In this document: positions 27,854-38,058 of the stretch, in pieces
How the letters are laid out: each line of letters starts with the position of its first letter
How positions within the stretch are numbered: position 1 is the first letter of the stretch
From: an uncultured delta proteobacterium
GTDB taxonomy: Bacteria > Desulfobacterota > Syntrophia > Syntrophales > UBA8958
Length of the DNA: 64,000 bases
Reading direction: 5' to 3'
Assembly (NCBI GenBank): GCA_903885795.1
Contig: CAISJV010000029.1
Coordinates: 28,960-92,959 of the forward strand
The notes under the pieces: model-generated
Seen by the model: only the letters and a program-made list of their open reading frames with translations
Told to the model about the DNA's origin: nothing
The model's database searches: none
Position numbers and translations under genes: made by a program

Positions 27854-30800
27854 TCATATCAGGGATGCGATACGGTCGTATTCCTCCAGACATTTGCGTT
27901 TGGATATGAATTCGCCGAACGCTTGTTCTTCCTTGCGTTTCATGACGGGAAAGGTGTCGATGATGTAAGCGAATTCGTCACGGGTCAGGCCGAAAAGATG
28001 AGCAACATAGGCATCTATCTCCGCACGCAACTGCGCTCGGTCGCCCGTGTCTCGGCGGTCACCCGTACGGTCATAGGCTCCGCTGGCGGCCTTCCATTCC
28101 TGGGTAAGATTCATGGCTTCGTCCCGCAAGCGACGTCGGACTTGCTGCTCGTGGGTCGGACCATAGGTGTCGATGGGGGCAGCCTCGGGATACCATATAT
28201 TCCCTTCTTGGTATTGCTGACAGAACACCCTTTCCCAAAACAGCGCGAAATCACTCGTTGTACATATCAACCTAAGAGCCCGTCCTACTATTGCACTAAA
28301 ATAAAAAGATGCATCTGTTAATCTAGGCATTGGCAATTGGTTAAGGATAAATACATTTAGATTTGTTGATATTTTCATTCTCATCAACCAGTCATAACAG
28401 AATGAATTGAACAAACTTACAACGAAAATCATTTGCGCGTAAGAGTAATGGGATATTTTCCATCGATTATCAATAGCATCCTTCAAGAGAACATCTTTAT
28501 TGTATTCCCATGGGATTGAAGTAAATAATGAGTTACCGCAGCATACACTCGATGGCAAAACGGTAGATATCAACGCGCGCTCATTCGTACTTGCGGCTAT
28601 TGCTCGAACACCAAATCGGAACTCAGTGAAGGGTAATGGGATTGGTTGTATTAATTTTGCAACTGACTTTCCCAGTACAGAATTCTTGCCAATGTGAGCC
28701 ATTTCCTTTGATCTAAGGTACTGCTCAGCATCTCGTTTCTCCACCTCCCGGCTATTCGATGAAAATAGATGATCAAACTGATTGATCATTTTCCCTTCAT
28801 ATAGGACGTACCCATCAACATTTTGCACAAACATAGAACTTTGATGCGTCATATTGAATTCAACGGATAGAAGAGGAAATCTCCATGGGAGAGAAGCGTC
28901 TGTATTTCCCAAGAGAGGAAAGTCTGCGTAAATTTTACCAGCGATTTCAATATCGCGTTGGGCATTGAATTCTGTTAAGCTCAGAGAATCGGGAGAGAAT
29001 CTAACAATATCTTCTGGCTTCAGTATAATAGCTCGTTTCTCAATTGCAGGTAGTGTCTCAGGATCGTGTTGCATGAATGCACATCGAATATTTGGATTAG
29101 ATTGGTCTTTTACAATGCACAGTGTTATGAACTTGAACTGATTATGGACTGATTTGAATACTACTGGAAATCGGTTCTCAAAACAGTAGATTGATTCAAT
29201 AGTACGTGTGTCAAAAAAGAACTCCCTAAGTCCTTTGGTAGCAGAATCTGAATAGAATCCAGCAGGCAGGATAATTCCAATTCGTCCGTGAGGTCCCAAA
29301 CAATGGAAGTCCCTTTCTACGAATAGTTTATATAAATTGCTTCCAGGGGGCTTTATATCCTGGTGTGCATAATCTGGATGATTCTGGAAGAAACAAGCAG
29401 CTTCATAGAACAGCGATTGATATTCATGCCAGGCCTGTTTTATATTTAAATCCTTGCATAATTCCTCTGCCCGCTTCCCGGCTTCTGTTTTTGTTAGTGT
29501 TCTAAATGAAGGATCATAAGAAGAGAAGAATTCTTGTGTTTTGGGATTCCATGTATCCCACGGCGGATTGCCGACTGCCGCGTCGAAACCGCCAATCTGC
29601 TCGTTGAAGACGTCGGGAAACTCCAAGGCCCAGTGGAAAAAGTGATGCCGTTTGGTGAGTGCCTTCACCTTCTCGTGCAGTTCCAATTCATTCACGGACA
29701 CAGGCCGTTCGCCGTGAGACAAGCGGAGGAAAATATCCCGGTAATCATCCGGTTTGATTACGTCGTCCATAAGGTAGGCCGTAGATAAATCGGCCAAGGG
29801 GAGCAAGGGATTGATTTTCCCTGCCATCACCTCTTCGTGCATCTCTTTCTGTCTGTCCGTATCGTCCTCGGCAACCTGGGAGATGGATTGCATGGTTTGG
29901 GCGGCCTGCCGATAGGCTTCCGTCAAATCCTTCAGTAGGGGCAGTTCTAATTGTCTCTTCGCGTTCTTGCGTTTCTTCTTGGCTTCCTGATTACGTTCCG
30001 GGATCTTCTCAAGTTGGGAAAGGGAACGGATGCCGATGAGGCTATTGCCACAGCGCAGATGATGATCGAGGAAGGTCAGTTTGTGATCGCGCGCAAAACC
30101 GTTTAGCCAGAGAGAAAGCTTGGCCAGGTGGACGGCTAAGGGATTCAAGTCCACGCCGTAGAGGCAGTGACGGGTGACTAGGCGACGCCAGACGTTCGGC
30201 TCACAGTTCACCGGGGAAGCCATGCCCTCGACGATGGGGATCTCTGCGAACAGGCTAACGATGAAGTCTGTGAGCTGGTTGGCGGCGTTTACGAGAAAAT
30301 GGCCACTCCCCATCGCAGGGTCGCAGAGTTTGAAGCAAAGGATGACTTCCCGGACGAAACGCTCAACCAGGGCTATTGCCGATTGGGTAGCTCCCCGCCG
30401 GATCGTGGCGTCATGACCGGTTTTCGCCTGATGGCTGAAAAGATTGAAGCGCTCCCGGCAGTTATTTTCGAAGCGGTCACGCAGCGGACTGATAATAGCC
30501 TTGGCGTTGAGAAAATGGACCAAGCTCTCCGGGGTGTAATAAGAGCCGGTCTGCTTACGCTCCAGGGCTGATTCACCGAAATAGACATCACCCTTACGGA
30601 TGATTCCGTCTCCTTTCTGACGCGTCGTCCCCGAGGCAAGAAGGATCTCTACACCCTTTTTCGACCGGCGGCGCAGGCGATCCGCATCGGCTAGAGTCAC
30701 GCTGAATTCCAGGATCGTCTCGTACATTTCACCCAAGTGGCGCACTTCCAGATCCCGGTAGGGTATCCGATATTCCTTTTCCGTGTTGCTGTCGTGGGGT

Positions 30801-31909
30801 TCCACCCAGGCCATGAGGTAGAGGGCACGGGCAAGGAAGTCGTTCCGGAGCTGCTCCTTACCGAGAAACTTCTCAGCCTCGTCGTCGAACAGCCCGCCGT
30901 TATATCCCATGATCCCGTATTCCGGATCGCCTTCGTTGACGGCCCCGATGAGCCCCTTCAGATGCTTCCAGAGGTCGTAGCCTTCATCATCCGTCCGTTT
31001 TCTCCATTGAAGACGATGAGCCTCAAGGCAGAGGGCGCCGATGGAATGTTTAGCATAGATTTCCCGCTTTTCGATCTGAGAGGGCAGGAGGCTCCGGGCT
31101 TCGGCATAGAAGAGGAACAGGCAGCGGTAAAGGAGTTTGACGGCGCTTTCAAAGATCTCCCGCCGTTCGTCATCGGTGTATTCGTCGCCCTTCCGGGGCG
31201 TTTCGGAGATGAAGCCGTTGCAGAGATATTGGAGGACTTCGTCAATCTGCTCCAGAAGCGGTGATTTGACCTTGTCTTCGAGGATCTTTTCCGAGGCCTT
31301 TATGTCCTGATCCAGTCGGCAATTATAAACCCCGTGAGCACGGGCGTCCTTCTCCCATCTATCCGTTTCTTCACCATCTATCTCCGCTGTGAAGGAATCG
31401 ACATGGAAAAAACGCTCAAATAAGGCGTATTCCTTCTCATCGTTCTGTGCGAGGGCCTCCGCGAGATTAAGCTCTACATATTCCTCAAAAGGCTTGCCGG
31501 TGCGGGTTGTATAGAGACGCCATTTTCCGCCGTCCGTTAGAATGCCCCAGTTCAGTTTGCGGTCTCTCAGTTGGGCGATCAGTTTACCAGGCCAGAAACG
31601 GCCGATAGACACATCATCCAGGTCCGCTCCCGGTTCGATAAGATAGAGGACTGAGACAGTATTGGAAAAACTGTAATCTTCATAAAGAAGGTAAACACCA
31701 GGAGCGTCGGGTTGGCCGGGCGGCACGAAAGAAAGATAACTGAGCGCTTGTTTGATATGGGTGCTCCAGATGGAATCAGCGCTTGAGCGGTCACTATGCT
31801 GCTGGGCATGGTAAAGGGTAGCCATACGACCCTGGCCGGCGTCGTCCAGTTCCAACTCGGAACGAATCTTATCAATAAAAAGAGTGCTAAAGAGCCCGTT
31901 ATTTCTCAT
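27854..31909 (-). CDS. pglX: PglX/Eco57I-type N6-adenine DNA methyltransferase
   Basis: WGILTDG, LGEMYE, RKQTGSYYTP, DPAMGSGHFL (motif I), YGVDLNPLAV, FHWALEFP, GNPPW (motif IV), C-terminal target-recognition region. Confidence 0.88.
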   Translation of the reverse strand: MRNNGLFSTLFIDKIRSELELDDAGQGRMATLYHAQQHSDRSSADSIWSTHIKQALSYLSFVPPGQPDAPGVYLLYEDYSFSNTVSVLYLIEPGADLDDVSIGRFWPGKLIAQLRDRKLNWGILTDGGKWRLYTTRTGKPFEEYVELNLAEALAQNDEKEYALFERFFHVDSFTAEIDGEETDRWEKDARAHGVYNCRLDQDIKASEKILEDKVKSPLLEQIDEVLQYLCNGFISETPRKGDEYTDDERREIFESAVKLLYRCLFLFYAEARSLLPSQIEKREIYAKHSIGALCLEAHRLQWRKRTDDEGYDLWKHLKGLIGAVNEGDPEYGIMGYNGGLFDDEAEKFLGKEQLRNDFLARALYLMAWVEPHDSNTEKEYRIPYRDLEVRHLGEMYETILEFSVTLADADRLRRRSKKGVEILLASGTTRQKGDGIIRKGDVYFGESALERKQTGSYYTPESLVHFLNAKAIISPLRDRFENNCRERFNLFSHQAKTGHDATIRRGATQSAIALVERFVREVILCFKLCDPAMGSGHFLVNAANQLTDFIVSLFAEIPIVEGMASPVNCEPNVWRRLVTRHCLYGVDLNPLAVHLAKLSLWLNGFARDHKLTFLDHHLRCGNSLIGIRSLSQLEKIPERNQEAKKKRKNAKRQLELPLLKDLTEAYRQAAQTMQSISQVAEDDTDRQKEMHEEVMAGKINPLLPLADLSTAYLMDDVIKPDDYRDIFLRLSHGERPVSVNELELHEKVKALTKRHHFFHWALEFPDVFNEQIGGFDAAVGNPPWDTWNPKTQEFFSSYDPSFRTLTKTEAGKRAEELCKDLNIKQAWHEYQSLFYEAACFFQNHPDYAHQDIKPPGSNLYKLFVERDFHCLGPHGRIGIILPAGFYSDSATKGLREFFFDTRTIESIYCFENRFPVVFKSVHNQFKFITLCIVKDQSNPNIRCAFMQHDPETLPAIEKRAIILKPEDIVRFSPDSLSLTEFNAQRDIEIAGKIYADFPLLGNTDASLPWRFPLLSVEFNMTHQSSMFVQNVDGYVLYEGKMINQFDHLFSSNSREVEKRDAEQYLRSKEMAHIGKNSVLGKSVAKLIQPIPLPFTEFRFGVRAIAASTNERALISTVLPSSVCCGNSLFTSIPWEYNKDVLLKDAIDNRWKISHYSYAQMIFVVSLFNSFCYDWLMRMKISTNLNVFILNQLPMPRLTDASFYFSAIVGRALRLICTTSDFALFWERVFCQQYQEGNIWYPEAAPIDTYGPTHEQQVRRRLRDEAMNLTQEWKAASGAYDRTGDRRDTGDRAQLRAEIDAYVAHLFGLTRDEFAYIIDTFPVMKRKEEQAFGEFISKRKCLEEYDRIASLI

Positions 31910-31916
31910 GCCAACC

Positions 31917-32384
31917 TCATGTCAGAGCGAGGGTATCTCGCTGATCAACAATAAATGTTTGATCCTTGATTCTGGTAAATATCCATTTAGCCAAAGGCGG
32001 ATGATGTTGCATAACCATTAGCAAGGCCGGGGATTTGTCGCGCATTTCGATCTGGCGGGCAAACTGGTCCACGACATTGGCCTGACTTGCCCACATTGCC
32101 ATGAGAAACTCCAGGCCGGAAACGACGATAATCGGTGACTTAGCGCTCTCCGATAAAAAGCGAAAGAGATCATTTATCGAGAATGTCCCAACATTTTCAG
32201 CAAGCGCTTCATCATTTGCGAAGACATCCAAGAGGTGACTATGAGCGGCACTGGCTTGCCTCGCTAATTCAGCGGCCCAGGCCTTTTGTTCAAGATAGTC
32301 ATGGGTGAAGACGATACAGGCCCTGCCGCGCGGGCGCTGGGAAAGGGATTTTGTCAGTTCTACGGTGTTTACGACTTTATCCAA
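31917..32384 (-). CDS. BrxB/BrxF-like small degenerate P-loop protein
   Basis: 155 aa alpha/beta protein with IIVVSGLEFL resembling a decayed Walker B; sits between the DUF4007-like gene and the methyltransferase. Confidence 0.55.
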   Translation of the reverse strand: MDKVVNTVELTKSLSQRPRGRACIVFTHDYLEQKAWAAELARQASAAHSHLLDVFANDEALAENVGTFSINDLFRFLSESAKSPIIVVSGLEFLMAMWASQANVVDQFARQIEMRDKSPALLMVMQHHPPLAKWIFTRIKDQTFIVDQRDTLALT

Positions 32385-33239
32385 TCAACAGACCTCCTTT
32401 TGCTCAGGTTCATAACCGGTGTCTTCATAATACAACTTCAGAAAGGTCAAGGCGGATGAGCCATCCCGGAGACGCACTTGGTCGAGATCGTGGGTGCTTT
32501 CATATCGCACCCAGCCGTTTTCGTGCAGGCGTTCTATGGCATGTCGAAAGGTCGTTTCATCAAAGCCGAATAAAAGGGATGGCGATCCCTTTGCCTCGGT
32601 GATTTCTCGTACCTGTAGGAGGCGTTCACCGCTGTCGGCGGCATAATCATAGATCATGGCGCAGAGGATTGGCGGTTCCACCTGGAGATGACGCCGCCGG
32701 TATAAGCGGCCATCGCTGTTTTGTTGGAGGATTTCCAGCTTCTTGAAGCTTCTGTTCAGGTAGGCATCTACGATGAACCGGACCTCCTCGTGGAGATGCT
32801 TACCAATTGTCCTGTCTGTATATTGGCCGGAAAGGCTATTTCTTAAACTGGCCAACCAGCCGCTTTCTGTAATCACTCGTTCGGCAAGAAGTATATGGTT
32901 AAAGATTTCATACCAGACCAGGTTTCTATAATGACCGGCCCCTTGATAATGGCACCATTGAAGAGTGCCGATTCTTTCCAGAAAGATGTCATGCACAGCT
33001 ATTGCGGCACCCGTTTGCGTAAGGACTTGCGTTCCCGGTTTGATGAGCCCCAAGGCGCAGCCGATGCTCACAACGCTTTCAATCTGACGGTTGGACAGGC
33101 CCGTGCTTTCCTGGATGTCTTTTCGGAAGATCCGCTTCTCCGCAAGGTGTGCCGCCAGAAAGTGCAACACGCGCGACAACTGCTCGAATTCGAACAGGTA
33201 GCCGTTACTGAGCTGGAGTTTGCGGTTAGGTTGAACCAT
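32385..33239 (-). CDS. DUF4007 (SspB/BrxA-related) winged-helix protein
   Basis: ALGLI..LTQTG..DIFLE..TLQWCHY..WYEIFN and C-terminal HDLDQVRL. Confidence 0.7.
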   Translation of the reverse strand: MVQPNRKLQLSNGYLFEFEQLSRVLHFLAAHLAEKRIFRKDIQESTGLSNRQIESVVSIGCALGLIKPGTQVLTQTGAAIAVHDIFLERIGTLQWCHYQGAGHYRNLVWYEIFNHILLAERVITESGWLASLRNSLSGQYTDRTIGKHLHEEVRFIVDAYLNRSFKKLEILQQNSDGRLYRRRHLQVEPPILCAMIYDYAADSGERLLQVREITEAKGSPSLLFGFDETTFRHAIERLHENGWVRYESTHDLDQVRLRDGSSALTFLKLYYEDTGYEPEQKEVC

Positions 33240-33746
33240 TAAGTGCCTTTACGTCCAGAAGGCCGATTTTATTCGGCATGACTGGTGGAGGACCGCTTTC
33301 TATAATTTCATTTCTGTTATCCTGGCGCCTCCACTTTATATCAACCATTACTGCTTGCAATGTTGCATAGTTCTCGAAAGCAGTCAATCAATGACTTGAG
33401 GTAATTAACAGGGCTCTACATTTACGGGGGAAAGTTATTAGGCCTATGCAGCTTTCGAACCGCATTCAATGATCAGGGCCGCTTATAAAAACGACACTTT
33501 GTATTTGGAGCTTTTGATCGCTGCTTCGGAGAAAATCCAATCCATTGGAAGGCTAAGTGAAAATAACCCTCGCTACAACATCCTGCTATTTGGGGTTACC
33601 CCATTACGGCTGAACCGCGCCAGGATCGCCAAAAATTAACATTGGGGGCGAACGCAGAATTCGGAAATGATTGTATGTTAAGAGGTCTCCTCACGAAATA
33701 GAATTATCGTAAGCTTTGCCAATTCGATTTGATTCATCATGTCTCT

Positions 33747-34076
33747 TCATTCAAACAGCTCGGCGTGTGTGCCAGCACGAACGAACACAATCAAATCATG
33801 TTTCCCGCTGTCATCAGTCTTGTAGGCCAGCAGAAAGTCGCCACCTATATGGCACTCCCGATACCCTTCCCAGTCACCGCCCAATGGATGATCACGCCAT
33901 TCAGGGCTAAGAGGACCATCATTGGCGATCAGTAGCAGCATCGCCTCTTTGAGACGGTTCATGTCATACCGGCCAGCCCGAGATAATCGTTCCCAATCCT
34001 TTAAGAACGACTTTGCATAGTCCGCAGCACGAGGCAACGGGGCTCGTTTACTTGCTGCTGTTTTTTTCGAGGTCAT
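33747..34076 (-). CDS. yafQ: YafQ-family toxin
   Basis: DHPLGGDWEGYRECHIGGDFLLAY..VRAGTHAELF. Confidence 0.9.
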   Translation of the reverse strand: MTSKKTAASKRAPLPRAADYAKSFLKDWERLSRAGRYDMNRLKEAMLLLIANDGPLSPEWRDHPLGGDWEGYRECHIGGDFLLAYKTDDSGKHDLIVFVRAGTHAELFE

Positions 34077-34326
34077 CGAACAACTCGACAGCGTTACTAA
34101 AGCGAGCGCGGCGCGTACGTGCAATCTCGTCGGCTTCAGCCATTGCTGCACGGGTTTCAGCGTTTGGCACTTTGAGTGCGAATGGCATTTGCTTTTCTGC
34201 AATAACGCGCATCAAAAAAACGCGCACTGCGTCGGAAATGGAGAGGCCCATCGCAGCCAGTGTTTCTGCAGCCTGTGCTTTAATTTGTTCGTCCACGCGG
34301 ACATGAACCATCCTAGTATTAGCCAT
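34048..34326 (-). CDS. dinJ: RelB/DinJ-family antitoxin
   Basis: VHVRVDEQIK..MGLSISDAVRVFL..MPF..PNAETRAAM. Confidence 0.9.
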   Translation of the reverse strand: MANTRMVHVRVDEQIKAQAAETLAAMGLSISDAVRVFLMRVIAEKQMPFALKVPNAETRAAMAEADEIARTRRARFSNAVELFDDLEKNSSK

Positions 34327-34336
34327 AGTATTCTCC

Positions 34337-34371
34337 CACTTAATTGAGATACATTGTATCTCAATTAAGTG
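34337..34371. promoter_or_regulatory. Perfect inverted repeat, probable dinJ-yafQ autorepression operator
   Basis: CACTTAATTGAGATACA-T-TGTATCTCAATTAAGTG (17-bp arms), 10 bp upstream of the dinJ start. Confidence 0.8.
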
Positions 34372-34547
34372 TAACATGCAAGGACTATCTTCCTTTCTGT
34401 CTTCATTTCGAATTAGCTTCTACTTGATCGATCGATACTCTATACAAAGAGAGGAAGATTAGCCGTCAAGCGTTTGCCCCTCCTTCTTTCCGTATTCAAT
34501 GCCCTGGCACAATCAGGCTATATTCAGACTTGAAGCAAACCACAATG

Positions 34548-34589
34548 CAAAAAGACCCGTATCCATGAATATTGGAACGGGTCTTTTTG
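34548..34589. terminator. Intrinsic terminator downstream of the HU gene
   Basis: CAAAAAGACCCGT..ACGGGTCTTTTTG hairpin with A/T runs on both sides. Confidence 0.7.
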
Positions 34590-34618
34590 ATAAAATCTTT
34601 TTACAGGATTATGTGGTT

Positions 34619-34939
34619 CTATTTCTTTTTAGCTGGGGCCTTTGCCTTCGGTGCAGCCTTGACAGGTTTCGCTTTAAGATCCTTGAGAGCTTTCCCTGGT
34701 GCGAATTTGCCGTTGGTCTTGGCAGCTATTTTAAGTTCTTTGCCAGTCTGAGGATTCCGGCCTATGCGTGCGGCACGATTTACCGCACTGAACGTACCAA
34801 AACCGGTCAGCGTGATCTTGTCGCCAGCCTTGAGAGCAGCCGTGGTTGCAGCCATGAAGCTGTTGAGTGCTTTCTCAGCTTGAACCTTAGTCAGTCCTGC
34901 GTCATCTGCAATCTTCGCCACGAGTTCCGCTTTTGTCAT
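34619..34939 (-). CDS. hup: HU DNA-binding protein with Lys/Ala/Pro-rich tail
   Basis: MTKAELV, GFGTF, GRNPQTG, FAPGKALKD, then AKPVKAAPKAKAPAKKK. Confidence 0.95.
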   Translation of the reverse strand: MTKAELVAKIADDAGLTKVQAEKALNSFMAATTAALKAGDKITLTGFGTFSAVNRAARIGRNPQTGKELKIAAKTNGKFAPGKALKDLKAKPVKAAPKAKAPAKKK

Positions 34940-35189
34940 AACAAATTCCTCCTAATATGTGATTCCTCTACATATACCGTAAATTAGCAAATGTCTACAG
35001 TAAAGTCGCCCAATGTATGTCGAAATTATCGAAGAAATAATGCAAATGATTACGGCTTGAAGACCCTCATTTTTAATGAAGTTGCATTCCGTGGATTTCC
35101 GTCAACAACAAAAATCCAAATGACGGCCTCCGTTAATCCTGTATGATCTATGTTTCCCCAAAGGTCTATAAAAAAAAAGGAGACAGACA

Positions 35190-36029
35190 ATGACAGTAAA
35201 AGACGCTATTCACATTTTTCATATTTCACAGAAAAATGTCCATAGGAAAAGAACCACAGACAGCTACCGTTACCTTCTTGAACATCTTCAAAATCATTTT
35301 ACAGATACTCATGTAGAGGCGATCACCCCTGATCAAATCTACCAGTTTTTGGGAGATTTAACGGAGCATACGGCCAAGTCAACCAGGAGATTACGATATG
35401 CCCAGTTGAAAGCATTCTTCAATTTCCTGATCAATGAAAAAAGACATTCCATGAAGAATCCGTGTCAGGACTCGATCATGGTCAAGGCTTTCAAAGGTCC
35501 AAGGATGAAACAGAAGGATATTCTCAGCAGAGAAAGCGTTGATGAAATCATTTATCGGAGCAAAAAGACCAGGGACAGGCTGATACTTGAACTTCAGGCA
35601 AGATGCGGCATGAGAATAGGCGAGGTATTGAATCTCAGGGCATCGGATATTACGGACCGGAAACTGATGATCCGGGAACCTAAATCTGGAAAGGACATGG
35701 AAGTTGCCTTTATGACGGAATCGATCGCAAAGAGGCTGTCTGAATATGTCCGTGGCTTTCAGCATGATCCAGAGAGCAGGATCTTCCCGATATGCTATTC
35801 CTCCGCCTTATCCATGGTGAGGAAACTTGGCGAAAAGATCGGAATCCAAATCAGACCCCACGATCTGCGTCGATATTCGGCCACCTATGCCAGCCGCAAC
35901 GGCATTCCTCTGGAAGTCGTATCAAAGGTTCTTCTCAGGCATCAGGATCTCAAAACCACACAGATGTACCTGGGGAAAATCACCGATACGGAAGCAATAA
36001 GATGGATGGATGTGCTGCACGGTAATTGA
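35190..36029 (+). CDS. Tyrosine recombinase/integrase
   Basis: GMRIGE, PKSG, HDLRR, LRHQD and MYLG supply the R-K-H-R-H-Y catalytic set; SAM-like N-terminus. Confidence 0.92.
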   Translation: MTVKDAIHIFHISQKNVHRKRTTDSYRYLLEHLQNHFTDTHVEAITPDQIYQFLGDLTEHTAKSTRRLRYAQLKAFFNFLINEKRHSMKNPCQDSIMVKAFKGPRMKQKDILSRESVDEIIYRSKKTRDRLILELQARCGMRIGEVLNLRASDITDRKLMIREPKSGKDMEVAFMTESIAKRLSEYVRGFQHDPESRIFPICYSSALSMVRKLGEKIGIQIRPHDLRRYSATYASRNGIPLEVVSKVLLRHQDLKTTQMYLGKITDTEAIRWMDVLHGN

Positions 36030-36449
36030 TGTATCTAACCGATCTTTGGGGAATTATTTTTATTTTACACGCCGACTGCTTTCAGTATCGGCGTTAACAT
36101 TTCGAAACATTACCATATGCGGAAGTCTTCATCTTCATCAAGGTTGACGATTTACTGGATTTACCCGGGTGGATGTATGTGTTCTTTACGAACGGACATT
36201 AAGCCGCCAAGCATTTGCACCTTTGTGTTGGTAATCAGCGAGGCTTTCTTCATAAAAACAGGGATGTGGCCGAAAAAGTCTCCACCTACAACTGTTGAGT
36301 GATGGTCGGTCATCGGCGCCCAATGCTTTCCATTCGAAACCAAGTGACAAAGACATTTTTTGCAAAGACACAAAAACCGGAGGAGACATTAGTTAAGTGT
36401 CTCAGATCGTAATATCGAAATGAATATCATTGGGAATTAGTTGCCCCGG

Positions 36450-37466
36450 CTACATGAGCGTATTCTTGACTTCCGTCAAGAGAACCTGTGACTCCTCTCT
36501 ACTTAGATATGGCACCTTGATTGTTCTTGCCCAGAAAAAGCTCTTACCAGTGACACTGGTTACCTGGCTGAACGGCATAAACTTGCTGATACCACCGGTC
36601 TTGGTTGGAACAGAGGTGAGGAATTTTACATCTCGATATCGCTCTTCCTCCCCGTCATCTTTCGCAGATCCGATCACCTCTGCTGCAGCCACAATGCCAA
36701 CCCACTTGTGCGAAAAGAAAACAATGTCCTTCGGATTAAGATAGTCTACGACGTACTTTACGTCGCCATAGGCAGCCACACGGTTGTTTTCCATCATTTC
36801 CCAGACTGCATCTTCGTCATAACTTCTGTTTGTGTCGAACAGTACGCCTTTGATTGAAGATGGATTCTGGTGGCGGTCATAAGGAAGGGCAAAAAACTCT
36901 AAATATTTCCCCCCATTTATCGTGTAAATCCGGTAAGGAAGGAAATCAACCGACAGCCCGCGTTGTTTCCAGTAGTCGACGGCATTGATAAGGGAATCAT
37001 TGGCAGCATTCCCCACAATAACGAAGCGCTGCCCTGTGTTGAACTCAGCTGGCAATAATGGCCTCTCCAGGTTGAAAGCATCCCTGTGAGCATCTGCAAG
37101 GGAAATCGTGTCGATTCCAGAATAAGTTCGATATTTCTCCTGAAGAATGCTGAACGTCCACTGGCCGGCATCTTGCGAATAGCGAAGCGCTTGGAGCATT
37201 GCGTCTGCGCCGGCAAAGCCCCGCTTCAGTTCAAAAATCACCAAATCCCCGCCACGATTCAGGGCATACAGGTCTGCCTCTGGCTGCATTTGCCGTTCTT
37301 GAAAAATGGGCATTAGCGCAGCATCTTCAAACAACACATCAAGAAGATGATTCGCAATCAAGACCTCAAGATCCTTCTCAATTTTCCCGAGATCAGCGAA
37401 GCCAAGGAATGGCAATGGTTCGAGATTTTTAAATTGATTGTCAGCAACAGTAAGCTTATAGAGCAT
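36450..37466 (-). CDS. NucS-like PD-(D/E)XK endonuclease with a C-terminal EVE/PUA-like domain
   Basis: EKDLE, ADLYAL..VIFELKR..QALRY; C-terminal DIVFFSHKWVGIVAAAEV. Start ATG 37466 after GGAGGAG. Confidence 0.7.
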   Translation of the reverse strand: MLYKLTVADNQFKNLEPLPFLGFADLGKIEKDLEVLIANHLLDVLFEDAALMPIFQERQMQPEADLYALNRGGDLVIFELKRGFAGADAMLQALRYSQDAGQWTFSILQEKYRTYSGIDTISLADAHRDAFNLERPLLPAEFNTGQRFVIVGNAANDSLINAVDYWKQRGLSVDFLPYRIYTINGGKYLEFFALPYDRHQNPSSIKGVLFDTNRSYDEDAVWEMMENNRVAAYGDVKYVVDYLNPKDIVFFSHKWVGIVAAAEVIGSAKDDGEEERYRDVKFLTSVPTKTGGISKFMPFSQVTSVTGKSFFWARTIKVPYLSREESQVLLTEVKNTLM

Positions 37467-37890
37467 GGTTCTCCTCCTTAGAATTGACGCGAAATGCCTC
37501 CCTGACCTCATCTTCCTCATAATCGGGCTCAACTGAACGGTAGTCAGATGGGTACAAGGTTATAGATTTCTCATCTAATATGATGCCATACCTTCCTCGA
37601 ACAATATGAACGGAATCTTCCTTAAACTCAGAAATAATCACTGATTTTTCATCTACCGTTTGCATATCAAAGTGCAAATTGAGATGGTATACTATACCAA
37701 GTCCGTCCAAGGCCTTGCAAGTTACATCTATCTCAATGGTGCCATCTTCATATCGTCCGTAGGATTCAATGCCTTTAACCAATACGATTGCTGTCAATTC
37801 GTAATCTGGGATGAAAAAGTATTCTTCTATTTCCGTTTTCTCACCTGTGTCCATATTTTCAATAACGCCTGTGATCATTTTATCGTTCAT
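37456..37890 (-). CDS. Hypothetical acidic protein
   Basis: ORF with GAGGAG RBS, overlapping both neighbours. Confidence 0.6.
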   Translation of the reverse strand: MNDKMITGVIENMDTGEKTEIEEYFFIPDYELTAIVLVKGIESYGRYEDGTIEIDVTCKALDGLGIVYHLNLHFDMQTVDEKSVIISEFKEDSVHIVRGRYGIILDEKSITLYPSDYRSVEPDYEEDEVREAFRVNSKEENHAL

Positions 37891-38058
37891 ACTGTCTCCT
37901 CATTTTCGTTCCGGATAAGATGCGTTTGCTTATGCCGTACACCGCACGACCGCATTCTGCCGGTCCGCGCCCTGAGGTGGAAAGAACCCAGGCCATGGCC
38001 TCGCCCTCTATCTTGTTTGGCGGACTGATCGTCCATATCTTGTTCGCCATGTCCATAT

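Noticed and set aside
27854-31909. Stand-alone type IIG restriction-modification enzyme
   Set aside because: The nuclease ExK motif is not evident and the gene is embedded in a pglZ/brxL operon.
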